DNA of 64,000 nt, from contig NW_015162482.1 of the NCBI RefSeq assembly GCF_001447785.1, positions 845,930 to 909,929 on the forward strand, given 5' to 3'. The notes below the pieces were generated by a model. The model saw only the letters and a list, made by a program, of their open reading frames with translations. It was not told the origin of the DNA and ran no database searches. Shown piece after piece: positions 1 through 12,902 of the stretch; position 1 is the stretch's first letter, and each line of letters begins with the position of its first letter. The DNA comes from Gekko japonicus (lineage: Eukaryota). Both the position numbers and the translations under genes were made by a program.

Positions 1-3000
1 GCGTGGTTCGATGAGGCTGTGGGCTATGCCATGGAGGGCCACCCAAGATGGACAGGCTGCAGCAGAGAACTCAGACCAAGCGTGATCCCCTGGAGAAGGA
101 AACGGCAACCCACTCCAGTATTTTTGCCAAGAAAACCCCATGGACAGTATCAAAAGGCTAAAAGATATGACGCCGGAAGATGAGCCCCTCAGGTCGGAAG
201 GTGTCCAATATGCTACTGGGGAAGAGCAGAGGGCAAGTACAAGTAACCCCAGAAAGAGTGAAGCGGCTGGGCCAAAGCCGAAAGGACGCTCAGTTGTGGA
301 TGTGTCTGATGGTGAAAGGAAAGTCCGATGCTGCAAAGAACAATACTGCATAGGAACCTGGAATGTAAGATCTATGAATCAAGGTAAGCTTGACATAGTC
401 AAAAATGAGATGGCAAGACTGAACATCGATATTTTAGGAATCAGTGAACTAAAGTGGACAGGAATGGGCGAATTTAACTCAGAAGACCATTATATCTACT
501 ACTGTGGCCAGGAATCTCGTAGAAAAAATGGTGTGGCCTTTATAGTCAACAAGAGAGTGCAAAAGGCAGTACTGGGATACAATCTCAAAAATGACAGAAT
601 GATTTCTGTCCGATTCCAAGGCAAACCATTCAACATCACAGTAATCCAAGTCTATGCCCCAACCACTGATGCAGAAGAGGCTGAAGTGGACCGGTTCTAT
701 GAAGACCTACAACACCTCCTAGAACTAACACCAAAAAATGATGTCCTCATCATCATAGGGGACTGGAATGCTAAAGTAGGAAGTCAAAAGGTAACCGGAA
801 TAACAGACAAGTTTGGCCTTGGAAAGCAAAATGAAGCAGGGCAAAGGTTAACAGAGTTTTGTCAAGAGAACACACTGGTCATAGCGAACACCCTTTTCCA
901 ACAACCTAAGAGGCGACTCTACACATGGACATCACCAGATGGGCAACACCGAAATCAGATTGACTATATAATTTGCAGTCAAAGATGGAGAAGCTCTATC
1001 CAGTCAGTAAAAACAAGACCTGGAGCTGACTGTGGTTCAGATCATGAGCTACTCATTGCAAAATTCAGACTTAAACTGAAGAAAATCGGGAAAACCACGA
1101 GGCCATTCAGGTTTGACCTAGATCACATCCCTGATGAATATACAGTAGAGGTGAAGAATAGATTCAAGGGTCTGGATTTGATAGATAGAGTGCCTGAAGA
1201 ACTATGGACAGAGGTTCGTGACATCGTACAGGAGGCAGCAATCACCACCATACCAAAGAAAAAGAAATGCAAGAAAGCAAAATGGCTTTCTGATGAGGCT
1301 TTACAAATAGCAGAGGAAAGAAGGAAAGCGAAAGGCAAAGGCGAAAAGGAAAGATTTACCCAACTGAACGCAGATTTCCAGAGAACAGCAAGGAGAGATA
1401 AGGAGGCCTTCCTGAATGAACAGTGCAAAGTAATAGAAGAAAACAATAGAATGGGAAGGACTAGAGATCTCTTCAAGAAAATTGGAGAAATCAAGGGAGC
1501 GTTCCATGCAAAGCTGGCCATGATAAAGGACAAAAACGGTAGGGACCTAACAGAAGCAGAAGAGATTAGGAAAAGATGGCAAGAATACACAGAAGAACTA
1601 TACAAGAAAGACCTCAATGTCCTTGACAAACACGACGGTATAATCACTGACCTTGAGCCAGACATCCTGGAATGTGAAGTTAAATGGGCCTTAGAAAGCA
1701 TTACTAACAACAAAGCTAGTGGAGGTGATGGTATTCCAGCTGAGCTATTCAAAGTCTTAGAAGATGATGCTGTTAAAGTTCTGCACTCCATTTGCCAGCA
1801 AATTTGGAAAACGCAACAGTGGCCACAGGATTGGAAAAGATCAGTATACATTCCAATCCCAAAGAAGGGCAATGCCAAGGAATGTTCAAACTATCGCACA
1901 ATTGCACTCATATCACACGCTAGCAAGGTCATGCTCAAGATCCTACAAGCTAGGCTTCAACAGTACGTGGATAGAGAACTACCAGAAGTACAAGCTGGGT
2001 TTCGAAGAGGTAGAGGAACTAGAGATCAAATTGCCAACATTCGCTGGATTATGGAGAAAGCAAGAGAGTACCAGAAAAATATCTACTTCTGCTTCATTGA
2101 CTATGCTAAAGCTTTTGACTGTGTGGATCACAACAAACTATGGCAGGTCCTTAAAGAGATGGGAGTACCAGACCACCTCACATGTCTCTTGAGAAACCTG
2201 TATAAGGGCCAAGAAGCGACAGTTAGAACCGGATACGGAACAACTGATTGGTTCAGCATAGGAAAAGGAGTACGACAAGGATGTATACTGTCACCTTGCT
2301 TATTTAATATATATGCAGAGTACATCATGCGAAATGCTGGCCTGGATGAATCACAAGCGGGAATTAAGATTGCTGGGGAAAAGATCAACAACCTCAGATA
2401 TGCAGATGATACCACTCTAATGGCTGAAAGTGAAAAGGATCTAAAGAGCCTCTTGCTCAGAGTAAAAGAGGAGAGCGCAAAAGTGGGCTTGAAGCTCAAC
2501 ATCAAAAAAACTAAGATCATGGCATCCGGCCCCATCACTCCTTGGCAAATAGAAGGGGAAGTCGTGGAAGTAGTGACAGACTTCACGTTCCTGGGATCCC
2601 AGATCACCGCAGACTGTGACTGCAGCCATGAAATTAAAAGACGCCTGCTCCTTGGGAGGAAAGCGATGGCGAACCTAAACAGCATGATAAAAAGTAGAGA
2701 CATCACCCTGCCAACAAAAGTCCGCATGGTCAAAGCAATGGTATTCCCAGTAGTCATGTATGGCTGCGAGAGCTGGACTATAAGGAAGGCCGAGCGCCGA
2801 AGAATAGATTCTTTTGAACTATGGTGCTGGAGAAGACTCTTGAGAGTCCCTTGGACTGCAAGAAGAACAAATCAGTCAATCCTCAAAGAAATCAACCCTG
2901 ACTGTTCCCTGGAAGGCCAGATAATGAAACTGAAGCTCAAATACTTTGGCCACCAAATGAGAAGGGAGCACTCACTGGAGAAGACCCTGATGCTGGGAAA

Positions 3001-3180
3001 GATTGAAGGTCAAAGAAGACGGGGACGGCAAAGGATGAGATGGTTAGACAGTGTCATCGATGCAACGAACATGAAGTTGAGCAAACTTCAGAGGACGGCG
3101 GAAGACCGGAAGGCCTGGCGTGATCTGGTCCATGGGGTCACGAAGAGTCGGACTCGACTGTGCGACTGAACAACAACAAC
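1..3180 (+). mobile_element. BovB (RTE-clade) LINE, near full length (5' end beyond the window edge), (CAA)n 3' tail
   Basis: Bov-A-like segment ggagaaggaaacggcaacccactccagtatt in the 5' region, a single long ORF, and a 3' end catggggtcacgaagagtcggactcgactg followed by aacaacaacaac. Confidence 0.96.
140..3169 (+). CDS. BovB ORF: APE endonuclease + reverse transcriptase, 1009 aa, uninterrupted
   Basis: APE motifs GTWNV, QVYAPT, GDWNA, IDY, SDH; RT motifs FIDYAKAFD, GVRQGCILSP, YADD; C-terminal RGRQRMRWLD typical of RTE/BovB. Confidence 0.96.
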   Translation: MDSIKRLKDMTPEDEPLRSEGVQYATGEEQRASTSNPRKSEAAGPKPKGRSVVDVSDGERKVRCCKEQYCIGTWNVRSMNQGKLDIVKNEMARLNIDILGISELKWTGMGEFNSEDHYIYYCGQESRRKNGVAFIVNKRVQKAVLGYNLKNDRMISVRFQGKPFNITVIQVYAPTTDAEEAEVDRFYEDLQHLLELTPKNDVLIIIGDWNAKVGSQKVTGITDKFGLGKQNEAGQRLTEFCQENTLVIANTLFQQPKRRLYTWTSPDGQHRNQIDYIICSQRWRSSIQSVKTRPGADCGSDHELLIAKFRLKLKKIGKTTRPFRFDLDHIPDEYTVEVKNRFKGLDLIDRVPEELWTEVRDIVQEAAITTIPKKKKCKKAKWLSDEALQIAEERRKAKGKGEKERFTQLNADFQRTARRDKEAFLNEQCKVIEENNRMGRTRDLFKKIGEIKGAFHAKLAMIKDKNGRDLTEAEEIRKRWQEYTEELYKKDLNVLDKHDGIITDLEPDILECEVKWALESITNNKASGGDGIPAELFKVLEDDAVKVLHSICQQIWKTQQWPQDWKRSVYIPIPKKGNAKECSNYRTIALISHASKVMLKILQARLQQYVDRELPEVQAGFRRGRGTRDQIANIRWIMEKAREYQKNIYFCFIDYAKAFDCVDHNKLWQVLKEMGVPDHLTCLLRNLYKGQEATVRTGYGTTDWFSIGKGVRQGCILSPCLFNIYAEYIMRNAGLDESQAGIKIAGEKINNLRYADDTTLMAESEKDLKSLLLRVKEESAKVGLKLNIKKTKIMASGPITPWQIEGEVVEVVTDFTFLGSQITADCDCSHEIKRRLLLGRKAMANLNSMIKSRDITLPTKVRMVKAMVFPVVMYGCESWTIRKAERRRIDSFELWCWRRLLRVPWTARRTNQSILKEINPDCSLEGQIMKLKLKYFGHQMRREHSLEKTLMLGKIEGQRRRGRQRMRWLDSVIDATNMKLSKLQRTAEDRKAWRDLVHGVTKSRTRLCD

Positions 3181-3712
3181 TTCACTCGGAGTCTCAGAGT
3201 GGCTTACAAATGCCTTTCCCTTCCCCTCCCCACAACAGATACCCTGTGAGCAGTGTTCCCTTTAAGCTGAGTGAGTGTGAGCTAACTCACAGTTTTTTAG
3301 CCTCCAGCTCACAGATTTTTGTCTTAGCTCAGGAAGGATGGCTCCAGACCAGTGTTCCCTCTAAGCTGCGTTAGTGTGAGCTATCTCACAGTTTTTTAGC
3401 CTCCAACTCACACATTTTTGTCTTCGCTCAGGAACTAATTTATGCAGCAGTCAAATCGCTCGCTCACAACTTCAATGCCAGTAGCTCACAAAGTAGAATT
3501 TTTGCTCACAAGACTCTACAGCTTAGAAGGGAGTATTGCCTGTGAGGTAGGTGGGGCTGAGAGAGCTCTGACAGAAACTGCCCTTTTCAAGAACAGCTCT
3601 GATAGAACTGTGGCTTGCCCAAGGTCATCCAGCAGCTGCGAGTGGAGGAGTGGGCAATCAAACCTGGCTCTCCCAGAGTAGAGTCTGTGCACTTAACCAC
3701 TACACCAAACTG
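3181..3712 (-). mobile_element. Squam3-like tRNA/CORE SINE, interrupted by a hAT MITE and cut at its 3' end by BovB
   Basis: Reverse complement of the SINE at 36996-37275 (ends taaccactacaccaaactg). Confidence 0.8.
3251..3538 (+). mobile_element. hAT-type MITE (TIR cagtgttccctctaag) with duplicated 5' arm
   Basis: 8-bp TSD cctgtgag at 3243-3250 and 3539-3546; the 5' arm repeats from 3350. Confidence 0.85.
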
Positions 3713-4409
3713 TAGCTCGGCCTTTAAACTCCTTGCTGAAATAGCATTCTCTCTGTCCTTGATTAGAGGCTATGATGCAGTGTTTGAAGGTAACTCTTAG
3801 CTACTAGGTCCTGCTGGACTCCTGTCTAATTTGGCTCCCTTAAGTGAATCTCTTTTCTTAGCCTATCCCATTTACTAAGTCCAGTGAGGGGAATAGTCTG
3901 TTTTCTCCTTTCAATTAGTAATTTATCACTTTAGGTGGATAGGGCTAGTCAGGAATATCTTCTGCATAGTTCTTGCTGTGTTTTTCCAACACTGTGTTTT
4001 AACTAGTTAAAACAAGCTTAATCCTGCTAGGACTTCATTCAGTGTTCAGTGTAGCTGGCTTCAGACCAGCCATCCACTCATTAGCATGTAGATAGGTTGT
4101 ACTGAGGAAGCCGCTGCTACAGATGGAGCAACCATGGATTGCTACTCCTGGCAGCCCTGTGGTTTTTCAGGCCCCTCCTATATGGAGGGAAGAACTTGGA
4201 GCAGCAGCATGCTGGGTTGGATCCAGCAATCTGGGAGGAAAAGGTGCTGACAGCTGCACATCTTTCTCACTTTTCCTTCCACCCTCTGCAGCCAATTCTA
4301 ATTCCAGGGAAGCTGGTTCACAGGCCCCGAGTGGAACAATAGCCACATGGGTTGCAGTGGGCCTCTTCCATTAGCGGAGATCATTGGCAGGAGGGTGTGC
4401 GTGTCAATT

Positions 4410-4910
4410 TATATTTATTTAAAACCTTTATTAGCTGCCCTTCTTCCTTGTGGGGCTCAAGGCAGCTCACAAGCATAGATAAAAATACATTGAATAAAAT
4501 ACACTGAAAACATGAAACCAAACTTTAAAATTTGCTACTAAAGTTAACCAAATTCACTCCTAAATAAAACCATCTTCAGCTGCCTCCTAAATATCAAAAA
4601 GCAAGGGGGCCAGGTGCGCCTCCCTGGGTTGTTCCATAATTGTGGTCCTTTCCGATGTACCCACCAGATGGGCTTCTTTGATGGGATTCAGGAGGGCCTC
4701 TCCCTCCTGGGATCTTAGTTCCTGGGCAGGAACGTGTGGGAGAAGACAGTCCTTCAGATAGCCCAGTCCCAAGCCATGTAGGGGTTTAAAGGTCAGAGGC
4801 AGCACCCTTGAATCCGGCTTGGGAGTGGATTGATAGCTGGTGTAATTGCTGTAATATCTTGGCCACATGTTCCTGGTAGCTGGCCTCAGCCGGCAGTCTA
4901 GCTGCACTGA
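4410..4910 (-). mobile_element. L2 LINE 3' remnant
   Basis: Minus-strand translation LTFKPLHGLGLGYLKDCLLP resembles the L2 C-terminus; aataaa-like tail. Confidence 0.6.
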
Positions 4911-6204
4911 TCTGCGCTAGCTGCAGCCTCCAAACACTTCGCAAGGATAACCTCAAGTATGTTTGTCTCTCCTTTCTGCTCGGTGCAGCCCACCGACCCA
5001 CGTAGCCATCAGCTTGGTAATGGGTTCTGAGGGGGAGAAGAAAGCAGAGAAGAGTTTATCTTTGTCAGCACAGATTGGGTTGGATTCAGCAAAGCGTAGT
5101 AGTGTTATAACGTACATCTCTGTGCAGATTGTTAGGCTAAATTGTTTGCACCTGAGGTCCTGCTGCAACTGCAGACAGTGGAGAGTCTATTTATGCACTG
5201 CCGGAAGAGTGAAAAGGAAGTCCATTATGACTGGTGTAACAAACAGTGCTGCGTGTAAGGAAACTAATCCTGTATACCAGAGGGCCGCAGTCTTTAGGTT
5301 ATGAGTTGAAACCACCATGGGCGCAAAGTTCTGCTCCCTACCTGGTGGCTCACTGTGTCCCACAAATGTTTAGTTTCTGAGGATTTAATGCTTACCCTCA
5401 TAAGTATGTGACTTCTCCTGTCCCTGGGCCCTCTGAGGCTTTCTGCCACTTCACTAGAATCTTCACATGGCTTCTCCTGGCCTTCTGCCAGTCTTCTGTT
5501 TCCCACCATTCCTGTCTTGGGCCTTCCAGCAGCACATTTTCCTGTCTGATACCCTGTCTGAATATTTTACTCTGGCAGTCAGTGTTCTGGACCTTCAGCT
5601 TTGGTTGAAATCTTTGGAGCATTCCATGATATTGTATCAGTAAATCTCAAGGCCTGGGTGAGTGGTTGCCTCATGACTGGTGATATCAGGTTGTGTTGGG
5701 TTTTTTTAAAACAACTTCCAATAGCACAAGAAGTAATTGTATTTCAGAGCTGACCATGTTAAGTATGTGAAGAGCAGGCTTTTTAACTCCCACCTGCTGG
5801 GATAAATGCTGCTTTGTGTGACTGCTTGAACACAAGAAGCTACCCAGATCAGTCCAGGTATGTCCAGGTCAGTGTTGTCTGCTATCATGATGATACTTTT
5901 AGCTGGAAGTGTTGGGGGTTGAACCTGAAGCTCTGCCACTGAGCCATGGTCCCTTCCCCCAGTCCTCCAAGCACTGAGAAATGTTAGGGGACAGAATGGT
6001 TCCCTTTTGATGGGATGGCACTGGAGGTTTCTGCTGTCTTGGTAATATTCGGATTATTTTCAAATATACATGGGGAGTCTCTCTTTCATGGCAGCATGCC
6101 GTCTACCCTGCATTAGATCCCCAGACAAAGATCCTGTCTGCTCTCTCCAGGTCTGCCTGATTATTTTGCTTCCAGAATCAAAGCTGTCCTCCTTTGTTTG
6201 TTTT

Positions 6205-6354
6205 TTGCTGTCAAGTCACAACTGACTTACGGCCATCCTGTAGAGTTTTCAAGGCAAGAGAGGTGACCCTGGTATTCCTTGGAGGTTTGCCATCCAAATA
6301 CTAGCCAGAGTCGACCCTGCTTAGCTTCTGAGGTCTGATGAGATCAGGTTAGCC
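6205..6354 (-). mobile_element. 5S rRNA-derived SINE (5S-Sauria type)
   Basis: Reverse complement matches the 5S internal region (gatctc..cagaagctaagcagggt..tagtatttggatgg) followed by a BovB/Sauria-like tail. Confidence 0.75.
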
Positions 6355-6673
6355 CAGTGATGCCGAACCTTTTAGAGACCGACTGCCCAAACTGCGACCC
6401 AAAACCCACTTATTTATCACAAAGTGCCAACGTGGCAATTAAACCTGAATACTGAGGTTTTACTTTAGAAAAAACAATGCATATATTAACTTAAGATGAT
6501 CCAAACAAAGTAAGGAAAGCAATCCCAAATGCTTTCATTTACTTAAAATTATTTGGCAGAGAATTCGACACTTTAATGATGGTCTGGGCCTGGCTGGGGC
6601 AATGGCATGCGTGCCCACAGAGAGGGCTCTGAGTGCCACCTCTGGCACCCGTGCCATAGGTTCGCCATCACTG
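6355..6673. mobile_element. Non-autonomous hAT element with CAGTGATG(G/C)CGAACCT TIRs (hAT1-like)
   Basis: TIRs cagtgatgccgaacct / aggttcgccatcactg; 8-bp TSD ggttagcc. Confidence 0.88.
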
Positions 6674-8746
6674 GGTTAGCCTGTCCCTCTTATGAATGCA
6701 CAGATCTTCCCTTGAACCAAGGCGGATCAGGCCCACCAAGTCCTGATGAGCTACTTGACCAGAGCCGATGAAGATGATGTTTGCAGTCATTAAGGAAGAC
6801 TCCTGTTCCTTTTGTTATGCAGCATGAGCTGGCGCACAGTCCAAGGCTGGAACAATACAAAGGGCAATATGCTGACAATGCTTCCTGCTCCCCCGCCCTC
6901 CCCTTGCTGGGTGCTTTAGTATTGCAAACACAGTGACTCAAACTCCTCAGTTGAGTAAACAGTTGCATTTAAGGCTTCTAGCACTAGTAATAGTGTCAGA
7001 GATGCAATGAGCAGAGGGTTGGAGTACTGCTTTATCATGCAGGGAAAGGGTTGGTCTGTTATGGTTTACCCAGATTTTTTTTTTGAACACACCTTTGTTT
7101 TGTTTGAGGCCTAGAGAGCTATCCAGGTGACACACCATCCAACCCTGCAGCTCCCTCTGTCAAACTAGAACACTGTTTGGTTACCTGTTTTTCACTTAAT
7201 TGTTGCTGTTTGGGCTAAGCATATATCCTTCATGCATGGTTAAGGATGGGCAGATGGCTCCAATAATCCTAAGTATTTGAGTGTTTGCTTAGGAAAGCTA
7301 TTGGGCCTAATAAACAGTCTCTTGAAGGAATTTATTTGATGGCTGGCTGGAAGTTACTCACTGGGTATGTGTGTTTCGAACAAGGGATGCAATAGAGCAG
7401 AGAGAGTGTGCTTGTGCTTGATATAAAATACGTTTAAATTGCTACCCTATTCAAATTTCCTTAGATTTCATGGGGAGTCTAAAGGGCTGTTCTGAGCATT
7501 GTTACTCATCAGTGCTAGAGTCAACTGAGTAGTTTCTCCAGTCATTAAGAGAAACTCCCTCTCTGGAGACCCCCTAGAAAAGGGTTAATGACAGCTGACC
7601 ACAAACCTTCAAATTGCAGCTCTCTGCTTGTTTATCTAGCATTCTGTGCTGTGTGAGTCAGATGGTGGGAGCTAGCTGGTTTAAGCTGGTTTAAAGGAGT
7701 GGGGGGGAGGAGAGAGAAAGAGAACAGCAAGCCTTTGGGATTAAAGCCACAGCAGAATGAGCTCATTCGAGGTCACACAGTTATTAGGCTGCTGTTCAGG
7801 CACAAAGAAAGGGGAGGGGGGATAGCTTCTTGTTGATTCTCCCAGGAATGTTTCTGGGGATGGAAAATGACTAGCTGCTTTTAAGGGGAATATCCAGGCA
7901 TCCGCTTCACTAAAGTTTTCCTCTTTTCCGGAGATCAACGTAGAAGATCTGTCTGTTCCCAAAATAGTTCTTTGGGCAGGCTTTACAAATTCAAAAGGGT
8001 TTCACATGCCAGGATACCACATTCTGCTAGTGGCTTTATTAAAATTGGAAGCGTTAAAATCACAGTTGACTTTTTGCTCTTCTGTTCTTCTGGAACAGAA
8101 CTTTTTTTGCATTGGCAGCTTAACCCTAGAATCATGATTGCTTTTCCAAATCTAAGCCACAAATCACTGTTCCTGTGCTTGCATTCTGGCTTCTGAGCCA
8201 GTAGCATACTTGGAGAGACACAACAAGTTTTAAAAATGCACTTGGAACACTAAAAGTGAGAATTCACATGAGTGGTGCGTATGTCTGTGAACCATATGTT
8301 GATTGTGCATGCACATGAATGGAAAGTGGCTGAACAGGTTGCTACTCAAAAGTTACTAGCAGGCTCTTGAGTAGCCCAGCATTGATCCAATTGGGGCTAG
8401 TTTTGCACCAGCTACTAAAGAAAGCTTGATTCCTTCTCTGCTGTTCTGGGGAAGAGTAATACACTTTGGCTAAGAATGAAGGTTCACATAATTGGTGACT
8501 AAGTAGTTACTTGGCTGGCAACGTCTAAGCTATTGGGCCAGCTTATTTTATCTTGAGAGAGGGGAGATTCAGTGCTTGGCATAGCTATGTCCTTGATACC
8601 CGCTCATTCATATGCAGAGTAGCAGCTCATGCTCTGCTTGGCAAACTGGCTTTGTGTATAAATGGAGAAACATTTACTGATGTGGGATTCTCTCAAGAGA
8701 CTGGTTATTTGTTAGCATTAGTTCTCTGAAGCTACCCTGGAAGACA

Positions 8747-8950
8747 TGGGCCATGGCTCAGTGGAAGACCGTCTGGTTTGCATGCAGAAGGTCCCTGGTT
8801 CAGTCCCAGACTTATCTAGTTGAAAGGGTCAGGGTAGCAGGTGACCTGAAAACCTCTCCCCGAGAGCCTGCAGAGCTGGTGCCAGTCAGATTAGACAACC
8901 CTGACTTAGCTGGGGCCATGGTCTTGCATTGGTATAAGGTGGCTGTGTAT
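8747..8950 (+). mobile_element. tRNA-derived SINE, second family (further copies ~9265-9430, ~17540-18110, ~50475-50685 minus)
   Basis: A/B box-like head ggctcagtgg...gcatgcagaaggtccc..gttca shared among the copies. Confidence 0.65.
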
Positions 8951-8989
8951 TGCCTTGCTAAGTTTTATGTAACCTTTTCTTTGCTACAG

Positions 8990-9212
8990 CGTGAGTGCAT
9001 CTCCATCCATGTGGGCCAGGCTGGTGTCCAGATTGGCAATGCCTGCTGGGAGCTCTACTGTCTTGAACATGGTATCCAGCCTGATGGGCAGATGCCCAGT
9101 GACAAGACCATTGGGGGAGGAGACGACTCCTTCAACACATTCTTCAGTGAGACGGGTGCTGGCAAGCATGTCCCCAGGGCTGTGTTCGTAGACTTGGAGC
9201 CAACAGTGATAG
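8990..9212 (+). CDS. TUBA1C: Alpha-tubulin coding exon 2 ([12 protein letters not shown]...LEPTVI)
   Basis: ag|CGT acceptor, G|gtgag donor, canonical 223-nt length, K40 (SDKTI) present. The ATG-only exon 1 was not found and is probably upstream of the window. Confidence 0.93.
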
Positions 9213-10032
9213 GTGAGCATACAAGCTACTTTGTTTTGCCTTTCCATAAACAAGACATTGGGTGGGGCAATAGGTCAGTTGGACCACTCAAGCTTTTGCA
9301 TGCAGAAGGACTCTAGTTCCAGACCTGGCATCTCCAGTTGGGAAGATTTTGGTAGCAGAGATGGGTCTCCAAGGAAAAACTTGACTGCCTGTTGGAGTGT
9401 ATGGCATTGGGACAGATTGGCTTTATATGAAGATTGTATAGGTCCCAAACTATTTTCAGTGCCACCGTTGAGGTCTGGTACACAAATGGTAATTCAGTGT
9501 GTCCAGGCTACCCATGTTATGGCAGGTTATGGTTCTTATCAGCAGAAGTGCTGGAATATACTTGCACAGCAAAGAAGCGCTAACTTCATGTGTCCCCCCC
9601 CCCATGCTCACTATGCAAGTGAGGAATCTGATAATTGTATGCAAAATTCTGCATCTCCTGGAGGGGGGAAGGGGCTTTGCTTGCGCCATAAAAGCAAGTG
9701 TCTCCTAGAGGGCAGCAAAATTGTATACTAGGGCAGTATCTGAAGGCGTAGACTGGTGGAAAGTGAGTACAGAGAGCTTCAGGGGCCAAAGGGGAAAGGC
9801 TTCAGCATACGGTTTCCAGATTCCTGTCCTGAACAACCATTTTAACAGTAAGCTCTGTGCCTCCGCTGCAGCCATTCTTCCCTGGCACCACAATGCTTCC
9901 TAAAATTCAAGTCACTCCTTTGAGTTTTGTGCGGCTGTTGCATTTGCCATAGAACTTGATTGTGCCGGTGTTTCATACACATGGGCTGAAAAAAACCCCC
10001 CTTAAGTACTCCTCACTTGCTTCTTTCCACAG

Positions 10033-10181
10033 ATGAAGTGCGCACTGGAACCTACCGCCAGCTCTTCCACCCTGAGCAGCTCATCACTGGCAAAGAAGAT
10101 GCAGCCAATAACTATGCCCGGGGCCATTACACCATTGGCAAGGAGATCATTGACCTGGTTCTGGATAGGATCAGGAAGCTG
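10033..10181 (+). CDS. TUBA1C: Alpha-tubulin coding exon 3 ([10 protein letters not shown]...RIRKL)
   Basis: cag| acceptor, |gtgag donor, canonical 149 nt. Confidence 0.93.
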
Positions 10182-11957
10182 GTGAGTGACCTGCAGCCAA
10201 GGGTAGCAAGAGGAGTCCTTTGCTTCCAGTGGTTAGAGCATCCGATGAGGATCTGGGAAGGCTCAGGTTTGAACTTCTGCTCTGGTGTGGAACCTGTGTT
10301 CTAGCCTCTTAAAGCTGCAGCTATCCAGAAAGCACCATTTGCATGCAAAGAAAAGAGGAAATGCTGCCTCTCCAAACTAATGTTTGCCATCTGGGCTGCT
10401 GCTCTGCTGCAGGCAAAGAGTGGGACAGTTTAAAACTAGATGTTAACTCTGTTGTTGACACCTGCAGTTGTTTGCTAATCTCAGCTGCTTGCAAATTGTA
10501 ATCTGCTGCCTTCATGACTTGATCTACATTACTTGGCTTGCCAGTTGCCCCAGGAACCAGTTTTCAGGCTGGGACCTAAGTGATTTGGTCTGTGCTTATT
10601 TAAGATGGAGGAGCTGGATAGGGGAAGTATGGGGGTAGAGTAGGTGTAGGACAGTGTATGCCATGGTCCCTGAGTTTGGGTGATATGGAGAAAATAACCT
10701 CTTGAGCAAATGTCTCTTCCAGAGGGAAATGTCTGTACGTTTTGGTGACATCTGCATAAGGCCAGGACCTGCTTTCACTGGCTTTGTTACCCACATATTG
10801 AGGAATACTGCCTTAGAGCCACTCTGTAGGAACAGGCAGAGTCTTCCAGTGTAGCAGCTCCTAGAAAACCGGCAATGGCCCCTTAGACCTCAAGCCGCTC
10901 CCGCAAGAGGAGTACAAGTGAGCTGTACGCCCATGTCCCAGATCAAGTTTTTTGGTTCCTGTCCCTTTTTTCCTCTTCTTGGCAACCAAGCTAGTTGTAC
11001 TATCATAACCTCCTTCCCGACATAAACCTCTAATTTAGGCCCAGAATAGAAGCCCAATGGCTGCATTTCCTTTCATATATTTGCTTGTTACAACTTGAAA
11101 GAGTTGCATAGGAGGGAGAGCAATTTAAGCTTCTGCGAGCCGATAGTGGAGATGTGCTAGAAAACTCACTTCAGGTCCTGTTGTAGCATTTTTGGCATGT
11201 TGTGAACAGTGTTCCTCAATCTGTCTGGTTCAAGACCACAAGGTTCCCTACCAAAGGCAAAAACATACAGGAGGAACTACTAACATATAGCATTTGGTGG
11301 GAAGAAGTACCTGACCATGGCAATGTCAGGATGAGCTTGGGTTTCCTTGGGTGCCAAACTTGTTAAATGTGTACCAGTTTTAACCTAGCTGGAGTTTAAC
11401 CAAAGCAGGTGGCATGATCCTAAGGATTTCTAACTTAGCATTAATCACAGATCTTAGTAAATTACACCCAGCTTTAACTGCTTAGTTCTGGAATGTTCTG
11501 CTAAGAAAAGGATTTCAGATTCAAGTTTTTGTTAATAATGTGGTAGCAGAAGGGTCTTTCTGCCAAAATGCACCGCTCAGTGTCATGCCTGGGGTCATAT
11601 CTGTTGCATTCTGCATGATTTGGTGACTTGGGTATACTGCAGTGGCCCAAGGAGAGATATGGCTAGATCTTGAACTTTGGGGGACAAGGCATTTGGTGCT
11701 TTGCAGAATAGAAGAGGATCCCACCCTAAGGAATTTGTTACCTATAATTTTACCTACAGGAGGTGATGAGGGGAGGGAAGTGGGTATAAATGGGAAAAGA
11801 ATGTATCCTCATTCATTTTACATGTGCTTGGCCTGTGTTTTAGCACAGGAGGAGTATTAATGGATTGTTCCAAAGCTTCATGGAAGATGGTGGGTCTTCA
11901 AAGAGGGTGTTGGTATAGATTATTGTATTCCAATCAACCATGTGATGTTCTAGCTGA

Positions 11958-12902
<945 letters not shown>

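Noticed and set aside
1123-2757. Long antisense ORFs inside BovB
   Set aside because: Shadow ORFs of the coding strand; no recognisable domains
6740-6800. C/D-box snoRNA-like tgatga motifs in tubulin intron 1
   Set aside because: No terminal stem or recognisable guide sequence
8753-8989. Apparent N-terminal extension of tubulin in ORF 8753-9316
   Set aside because: SINE-derived intronic sequence that happens to be in frame; a proper acceptor precedes 8990
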